From NCBI GenBank assembly GCA_964016885.1, contig OZ024743.1, positions 114,824,001-114,888,000 on the forward strand: DNA of 64,000 bases, written 5' to 3'. The translations under genes and the position numbers were made by a program. Position 1 is the first letter of the stretch; each line of letters begins with the position of its first letter. Under the pieces are notes generated by a model. That model searched no databases. It was not told where the DNA came from and worked only from the letters and a program-made list of their open reading frames with translations. Below, piece by piece: positions 55,765 through 64,000 of this stretch. The DNA is from Eledone cirrhosa. Lineage: Eukaryota.

Positions 55765-56310
55765 TCAGAAGCTCTCGCGTCTTGCGACGCATGAGGCAAT
55801 CATAGTGTTCCACCGCGTTCGGTCAGCAGCTAGTTGCACAGCGTCCCGCCATTGTCTGTTTGTCGCTCGCAGTTCTCTCTCAACTGTCTGGCGCCAGTTC
55901 ATTTTGGGTCGCCCTCTCCGTCTGCTTCCCTGTGGGTTCCATTTAAGTACTTGGTTTGCCAGTCTCTCCGGGGGAAGTCTCAAAGCGTGCCCAAACCAGC
56001 CCAGGCGTCGCTTGCAGATGGCAGAAGAGACTAGCTGCTGGTTGGTGCGGTTCCTGACTTCCTGGTTTGTTACATGGTCACTCGATTTATCCCCAGGATC
56101 TTTCGCAGACACCTGGAATCGAATGCGTCCAACTTCTTCTCTTGGCTGGTCTTAAGGTGCCATGTTTCACTTCCGTACAAGAGTATGGACAGCATGTTGC
56201 TGTTGTAGAATCTCATCTTTGTTTTGAGGGTGAACTTCCTGCTCTTCCAGATCTTGACAAGCTGGTTAAATGCTGCTGAAGCCTTTCCCATTCTACATTG
56301 CAATTCACTG
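55765..56310 (-). pseudogene. 3' fragment of an RTE-clade LINE
   Basis: RMGKASAAF..L.KIW..TKMRFYNS..SILLYGSETW, RRLGWFGHALR, GSRRRGRPK. Confidence 0.85.
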
Positions 56311-56490
56311 TCCCTTATAGTGCAAGGTAGGTAAATGAATGTTACATGTATATCACGAAAGCTCAGTAAACTACAGGAAGGTATGTAACTAAGAGTCACA
56401 TTGATATGGTGACAGATCGATAGTCTATGAAGCAACGTATGTAACTGAAGATTACAAACCTAAGTCAGCAAGTGTAAATACATTATTTAA

Positions 56491-56610
56491 CGTCATTATA
56501 TATTACTAAGTAGACAAATAAGCACACAAACGTCATTATATATTACTAAGTAGACAAATAAGCACACAAACGTCATTATATATTACTAAGTAGACAAATA
56601 AGCACACAAA
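56491..56610 (+). repeat. Three exact copies of a 40-bp unit
   Basis: cgtcattatatattactaagtagacaaataagcacacaaa x3. Confidence 0.95.
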
Positions 56611-57282
56611 TACACAGACACAAACACGCACAAGAACTCATGTATACATACACACACTCCACAAAAACATACACAAAAGCATAGAGTCAAAAACACGCAT
56701 ATATAAACACATAGACATATATTTACATACCCACATAGACATATATTTACATACCTCGGATTTGTACGTGTCTGGTAATGACATGATGAGAGACATTGTA
56801 TTGATTAAAACATTACAGCATAAAATAGATAGATTCTAGCCATTAAAACATACAAATGCTTATTTTATATTCATCATTTGTTTCTTGGTATCAAAATACC
56901 GTCGTAGTTTGAAATATACAATGAATTTATAGTATTTTAACAGCGTTTGTGTAATTTTAAATGGCTAAAATGTGTTTCTTCCGCGCTGAAATTGTTAGAA
57001 ACGTATATATTAAACAATCCCATCAATCACGAATGAGCACGGGATTTGCACCTAGAAAGTTCTCCTTCGAGGCACGAGACAGTCGCCCAAGCATGCCTGT
57101 TTTCTTTAACCACACCACCAACGTCGGGCAAGGGAAAAGTAAATGTTGATACTCCTTAGCGTCAGTGAGTATATTGGAGCAACGTAAAATACAGTGAAAT
57201 AAACCAGCGGTCGTGCCACTAAGATGTCAAACACACACGTACACACATATATGTATATATAGGTTGTGTATATGGATATATA

Positions 57283-58590
57283 TATATTGGTAAAAGGAAA
57301 AGGACATGCTGACAAATTGTTCCCAGTGAAAAATAGTTTAATTAGGAATAAGTAAACATTATTAATATTATTGGTTAGTGTTCAGTTTTGGTTTTAAGTA
57401 TTTACCGGTTGCGCATTTCTAATGCTTTTCAAAAATAATTTTGAGATAGAGCGCCCGCGATGTTTGCTCTAATCTGATTAGTTTTGGAAATTCTACCTGT
57501 TTTATGTGAAAAAAGTGGCTCCAGATGTATTAAAATAAGTTTCGCGCTAATTCGTGTTGCAAAAATTCTTGTGGTCAAAACAATTTTGATTGGTCGGTAG
57601 AGGTCATGTAAATGTTAAACATTGATTTTGCGCCAAATGTAGGTTTGTCTCGGCTGATTGAGAAGTCACTGAAAAATAAGTTTTTTAAGACAAATATGTG
57701 TGCGTGTGTGTAGTAGTAATCGTTTTTACTGAAAATATGGAATAATGTACACCATTTTTTACCAGTATCACAAAAATACTGGTCCACCCACACACACACA
57801 CATACACACATATACACACACACACACATATACACACACACATACACACCCGTACACTAACATACAAAGAGACATACACACACACACACAAACACACACT
57901 TCTCCGTATAAGACAAGAGCTGAAAAATATCTTTTAACATGTTAAAATATCCCCCACACACGTACAGACACATTCCTACTGACAGAGCCCTCTACCACGA
58001 ATTACTCTGCTACACACACACACACACACACTTGTCTTAATAGGCATCAGAACTGTTGACCTGTCAGCAGGCTGCGGTTTGCACACACATCCCTGCTGAC
58101 CATTATCACAACAATGAACCTCTTTACTACTACTACACACACACATATTTGTCTTAAAAGACTTATTTTTCAGTGACTTCTCAATCAGCCGAGACAAACC
58201 TACATTTGGCGCAAAATCAATTTTTAACATTCACATGACCTCTACCGACCAATCAAAATTGTTTTGACCACAAGAATTTTTGCAACACGAATTGGCGCGA
58301 AACTGATTTTAATACATCTAGAGCCACTTTTTTCACATAAAACAAGTAGAATTTACAAAACTAATCAGATTAGAGCAAACATCACGAGCACTCTATCTCA
58401 AAATTATTTTTGAAAAGCATTAGAAATGCGCAACCGGTAAAAACTTAAAACCAAAACTGAACACTAACCAATACTATTACTAATTTTTACTTATTCCTAA
58501 TTAAACTATTTTTCACTGGGAATAATTTGTCAGCATGTTCTTTTCCTTTTACCAATATATCATAACTCGTGTGTCCCACCTCTATTCTTT

Positions 58591-58593
<3 letters not shown>
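57283..58593. repeat. Long inverted repeat, diverged member of the 18960-20472 family
   Basis: ~57285-57717 mirrored at ~58126-58558; tail at 58560-58593. Confidence 0.8.
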
Positions 58594-58641
<48 letters not shown>

Positions 58642-58916
58642 ATACATTTAGAACATTGGTTTAACCGCTTTACTTCCCTCCGAAGAAGAGATATTATCTC
58701 GAAAATTAAGGACATTTAAATAATTCTAAGGTAAAAGACTAATTGTCAACAATATCTTTTGCATTTGCATTCTGTATTCTATGTGCATACCTGCATTGTT
58801 TTCGCTTTATTATACATATACAAACGTTTATACCTCATTACACAATGCTTCAAGTGAACTATAACTTCTTCATATATATATATATATAATGTATAATAAA
58901 CAATACAATATAATTA

Positions 58917-58984
58917 CCTCATTACCAGAGGTTTCCCGAATAAGACGAATACGAAAAACGTCCTTATTCGTTCGTCGGACAAGG
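58917..58984 (-). ncRNA. Hammerhead-like motif with U4C core
   Basis: Minus strand ccttgt-CCGACGA-acgaataaggacg...cgtcttattcgg-GAAA-cctctg-GTA-atgagg. Confidence 0.6.
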
Positions 58985-60014
58985 CAATTTAAAACATAGT
59001 TAAAAATTTGAAAAGTCTCCTCATGAAAGGCAAGAGTTTAACGGGCAAAAAATATATAAATAAAAGTAATGCAAGAGATATATAAAACAATAAGGAAATA
59101 TAGTTAGGGTATATGTATATGTATTATATACACTCACAAATGTACATATGTGTGTATGTACAAATGCATGTGTATGGTGAAAATGTGTGCGTAAGTACAT
59201 ATATGAGGGCAAGTATATTTGTGTATATGTGACCACAAATACATATAATATGAGTTGAAAAAGAAATTGTAAGATAATATCGTTAACACGCATCCAGATA
59301 CAGGTATTAAATACCCATACGAGTATGAAAGCACGCGTATAAACACACACAAACACGCGCGGTCACTTATATGCGGAAGATAAAGAGGGAAGCGAGTGTA
59401 ACAGTAAAAAGAAGTGTCATTCTCGATATATGTATACAAATGAAACAATATATGAGAATGAAAACATTTTTTAAATCAAAGAGAAAGTAATCAATTAACG
59501 CTAGAAAAACGAAAACAAACATAGGTACGCACGTACACACACATATATATATATATAAATATTTATACACACAAATACGTACAGACAAAAGCGCTTCCAT
59601 GCGTACGTACATACACACGAGGCACGTATACATATATATATATCGCCACATGTATATCTAATCACACGTACGCGACTATATACATATATACATATATACA
59701 TACACACCCATACATACGTATACATATACACACATATACATACACATACACATACATTCACCCGCATACACAGACATGTATAAATAAGTATGTAAAAAAA
59801 CCTAGATAAAAAAACCTAGATATAAAAACACACATATACACACATATATATACACGTACGCCCGCACACATACGGAGGCGCTCGTATACATATATAGAAC
59901 GTATACACACATATGCACACTCACACGCATAGATACAGATTATAAACCAGCCGTATGAATAAATGAGTACAAATATAAAATCGGCTGCGAAACAACAGAA
60001 TATATCTTCAATAC

Positions 60015-60060
<46 letters not shown>

Positions 60061-60619
60061 TATTTTAATATACAAAACCTGTATATATATATATAGATAG
60101 ATAGATATATTAATCATTTAAATATACACAACCTATATATATATATATATATAAAGATTTACATATACACAAACTAGACAAAGTCATAGATATATATGTT
60201 TTTCGCAACCATTCACGATGTGGCTCAATGATGAAATAATAAATTAAATAATCAAAGCAATATACTATAAATTATGTCCATAGAATCATTTGATGAGATA
60301 TATACACAATTTCCTCTCCCAATCAGCATAATCAACCACACAAAAATGATATATATATATATAGAGAGAGAGATATATTAATCATTTAACTATACACAAC
60401 CTATACTCGTATATATATGAATGTATGTATAGTATATTTGGCAATATACCGTAAATTTAAATTTAGAAGACCATTCGCTATTAGTTTTAAAGTAGTGACT
60501 ATGTCAGTTACTTATTTTCGGCGAAAACAAATGTTTTAAAATAAACATACGGTATATTGCCAAATATACTATACATACATTCATGTATACATTACTATTC
60601 CAGGGCACCAATATCTATC

Positions 60620-60661
<42 letters not shown>

Positions 60662-60703
60662 GGTATTAAATAAATGGAAACTATATTTATAAAACCATAT
60701 TTA

Positions 60704-60760
60704 TTCTCTTATATATATTTCAAGGGTACCAAAAATTTGGTACCTTTTCATCAGATAAAA
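60704..60760 (-). ncRNA. Hammerhead-like motif with weakened stem I
   Basis: Minus strand ttttat-CTGATGA-aaaggtacca..tggtaccctt-GAAA-tatat-ATA-agagaa. Confidence 0.65.
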
Positions 60761-61332
60761 TTCAAAGTTTGTTTTATAAATTTTGACATAACCAAGAAAA
60801 ATACCTTAACGGTTCAAGTTTTCCTTGGATAGTGAAGGGATAAGAGAAGAAAAGTCAGATATTTCAAATTATTAAGATGAGTATGCAAATGAGGTTGAGG
60901 TATAGTCTGAAAAAAACGTTATTTTAGACGCTATGGGGAATTTAAATAATTAGGATATGTGTATGCGTAGGAAAGAAGAAGAAGGAAGAAGAGCTTGTAT
61001 TTACATTAATTTGGGAGAATGGTGGAATATGATTGCAGCATTTATATTTATTTACCTATATTATGAGTTATAATATTGTATATATACCAATTAGATTATA
61101 TAAAGAATTATGGTTGTAAGTATTTTTATCTTATTACATTACAATATTACATTGAAATATATATAAAAGAATAAATATGGTTTTATAAATATAGTTTCTA
61201 TTTATTTAGTTGTCACGTGTTATTTCAAACAAGGGAAGCAACACGCGGTTTTTGGCGGGTAGATTCAAAGTGTTAACAAAGGAAATATTATAATTTCCGC
61301 TAACATTCCGAATAAAAGCTCTCAACCAGATG

Positions 61333-61394
<62 letters not shown>

Positions 61395-61653
61395 ATGATT
61401 AATCAATGAAATTGAAGAGTAAGCTTAATTAAACACTCAACATTACCATTCCATTTAAGATATGGGTTCACATACGCTGGCACACATCAAGGTATTGCTA
61501 TATGAATGATCACTAAAACAGGGTGCTATTCTCTCATATTGTAATTAATCCAGTCATATTTCTATTCCAGAAATGTGCATAAGGATAGTTTATTGAATGT
61601 ATTAATTATTATATGAAGGAATAGCATCTTGTCTTCAAGGCCATTTATGTGTG

Positions 61654-61755
<102 letters not shown>

Positions 61756-61759
61756 AAAG

Positions 61760-62750
61760 TTAAACATGGTTCAATGCATACATCAAAGAATGAGTTTTAC
61801 AATAGATTGGAAGCACTCAACAGTTTAAAATAAAGGGTTTTCCAGAGTTATTAATATTAATTCAAAATATTAACAAAATGATATTCTTGTGATCAATTAT
61901 ATTTTATTATACATATTTCAGAAGTACTGTGTTAAGTTCAACAGTACGTCCTCATCAGATAAAATAAAATTATACATGACATACCCTGACATATTAGATG
62001 GTCAAGATTTAGTCATTGTAGTGATTAACTTATGACAAAAACTCAATATTTATACCCTAATATTGAGAAGATGAGATAACATAATACAAACAATAGCGAG
62101 AGTGCGTATAATAGAGTTTAAGAGATACATGGTATCAATATAACAGTTATAACATTTTTAATTTTAAAAACTACTGGAGAAAGAGGAGGGAAAGGAAAGC
62201 GTAGAGGAAGAAACAGCTGATGTGATAATATATTTAGTAGGTGGCTTGAAAAACCGATGAAAGATGATTAAAGAGAGAGAGAGAGAAATAATAATAAATC
62301 AAAATTTAATTGTAGAAATAACCGGATTGCCCTCTGCAAAATAACTGTCTGGATAGAAATCTGGTGTATAAATGCACCATGAAAACAAATAACAACACAT
62401 ACAACTACATAGGAGCAACTTCTTCGACATTTAAATCGAGATTTGCGAATCACAAATGCTCATTTTCGAATTTTAATAGGAAGTCTTCGACTTCTTTATC
62501 ACAGCTTATATGGTCATTAAAAGACAACAATTTAAAATACTCGATCTTTTGGACGAAGCTTTGTAATAGCAAAATATATACCAACTCTTGAATATCAATT
62601 AACTGCAACCTCTGCACAAAGGAGACCCTATTAATAATTAATAATTATGAAAACTTAATTATCCAAAAAAGTGAACTATTCTCAAACTGCCGTCATAAAG
62701 CTTTGTCTACATTCCAAGCATCGCAAAAAGTCAGGAAAAAACAGTAAATA
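61760..62750 (+). mobile_element. Decayed PLE GIY-YIG fragment preceded by an inverted HHR-bearing pLTR
   Basis: NCRNKPDCPL, VYKC, YIGATSSTFKSRFANH, LIWSLKD, CNLC; intact HHR on the minus strand at 61901-61965. Confidence 0.78.
61901..61965 (-). ncRNA. Hammerhead ribozyme in inverted pLTR
   Basis: Minus strand attttat-CTGATGA-ggacgtactgt...acagtacttct-GAAA-tatgt-ATA-ataaaat. Confidence 0.85.
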
Positions 62751-63353
62751 ATCAGGCCTGATTTTTGACGTCTCTTCTCAACTTTTGAACATAAAAGTCA
62801 TAATGGTTTATAAAACTTTAATAATGCTTTATCTTCTAATCATTTATGATAGAATTAATGTTAGAATGAAGGACACTCGTTTGATAACTTGTTTACTTGA
62901 TAAGTATTCATACCTTAATAGTTTTGGGATATTTGTAATTTTGATTCAGATCTTTATTTATATGTCTCTGTTTTAAGTATATAGTTTGGATATTTAACTT
63001 GTAAATTTACTGATTATAATTGAACTTTAGATCACTCATGCGTTTACATATTTTATATATTTTACTCATTTTGAGTGTGTTTTGGGGACTCAGATAATTA
63101 GATTTGCATTTGTTTTTCTATACATATCTAAGTATAAATATAATAAACCGACAAATATTGGTCTATCTCGCCACTGAACTGGAGGTAAAACTATAATTAT
63201 TGCATTACTAATAATGATTATAATTATTATCTTTATTAAATGTATACCATTTCATTAATACCTATAATAATATCTCTATATAGTTGTACAAATATCTTTA
63301 TCTAGTGTAATAACATAATCGTAGTCACATATATAAATATTTTAGACATTCAT

Positions 63354-63820
63354 ATGACTTTATATTGTGATATTCCCTAGTAGGTCGAACTTATGAAATC
63401 ATTTACTTAATATAATATAATATAATTTAATTTAACTTACTTTATTTTACTTTACTTTATTTTAATTAAATTTAGATTACCTTCGGCTTTTTAAAATATT
63501 TAGCTCATCTTTATATCACATTCGCTTAAATATTTTAGCTATATCTTCTCTATACTATATTAAAACCCTATTGCAATTATAGAAACTCAAATGACTTTAT
63601 ATTGTTATAGGTGTTTGATTTTCCCCGGAAGGTAGAACTTATATAATCATTTACTTAATATAATATAATTTAATTTAACTTATTTTATTTTACTTTATTT
63701 TAATTAAATTTAAATTTAGATTACCTTCGCTTTTTCAAATATTTAGCTCCTCTTTAGATCACATTTGCTAAAACTTTTCAGATATATCTTTTCTATAATA
63801 TATTAAAACCCTATTGCATT
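63354..63820 (+). repeat. Diverged tandem duplication, period ~237 bp
   Basis: atgactt(t)tatattgt...taaaaccctattgca occurs twice. Confidence 0.85.
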
Positions 63821-64000
63821 TATAATATAATATAATATAGTATAATATAATATAATATAATATAATATAATATATTTTTTTATATTGGGCACCGTTAAGG
63901 GTCACAAACAATTCATTTTCGTTTATTTGTATATTTATTTTGTATCTAGCCCCTATTATTAGGACTCATATAGTTTTGACTTATATCTTTATAGTGTATA

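Noticed and set aside
56491-56610. Regularly spaced repeats resembling a CRISPR array
   Set aside because: Contiguous identical 40-mers with no spacers, in eukaryotic DNA.

Overview
Very AT-rich, microsatellite-saturated animal genomic DNA, most likely an octopus (inferred from the SINE family, repeat landscape and gene type). Almost all short ORFs in the supplied track are artefacts of (TA)n/(CA)n/(GA)n tracts. Real content: (1) three spliced + strand exons (37190-37254, 46452-46519, 53563-53789) of a glycine/GABA/GluCl-type Cys-loop ligand-gated channel with an unusual binding-site signature; (2) an apparently intact two-ORF L1/Tx1-type LINE inserted in a (TATC)n array just upstream of an exon acceptor; (3) one open and several decayed Penelope-like elements (PLEs; RT + GIY-YIG) plus many PLE-end palindromes in (TA)n tracts; (4) tRNA-derived SINEs and RTE/R4/CR1-like LINE scraps. 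The main hidden signal is more than 20 type I hammerhead ribozyme (HHR) motifs, found by eye. They include recurrent non-canonical cores (U3-A8; U3-A8 plus GCAA; U4C) and palindromes whose apex maps to ribozyme landmarks. Two homologous, non-coding, terminally redundant 418/466-bp HHR-carrying units are circularly permuted relative to each other, consistent with a retrozyme-like circular-RNA retroelement family. All structures were read manually; no folding, alignment or database search was run.
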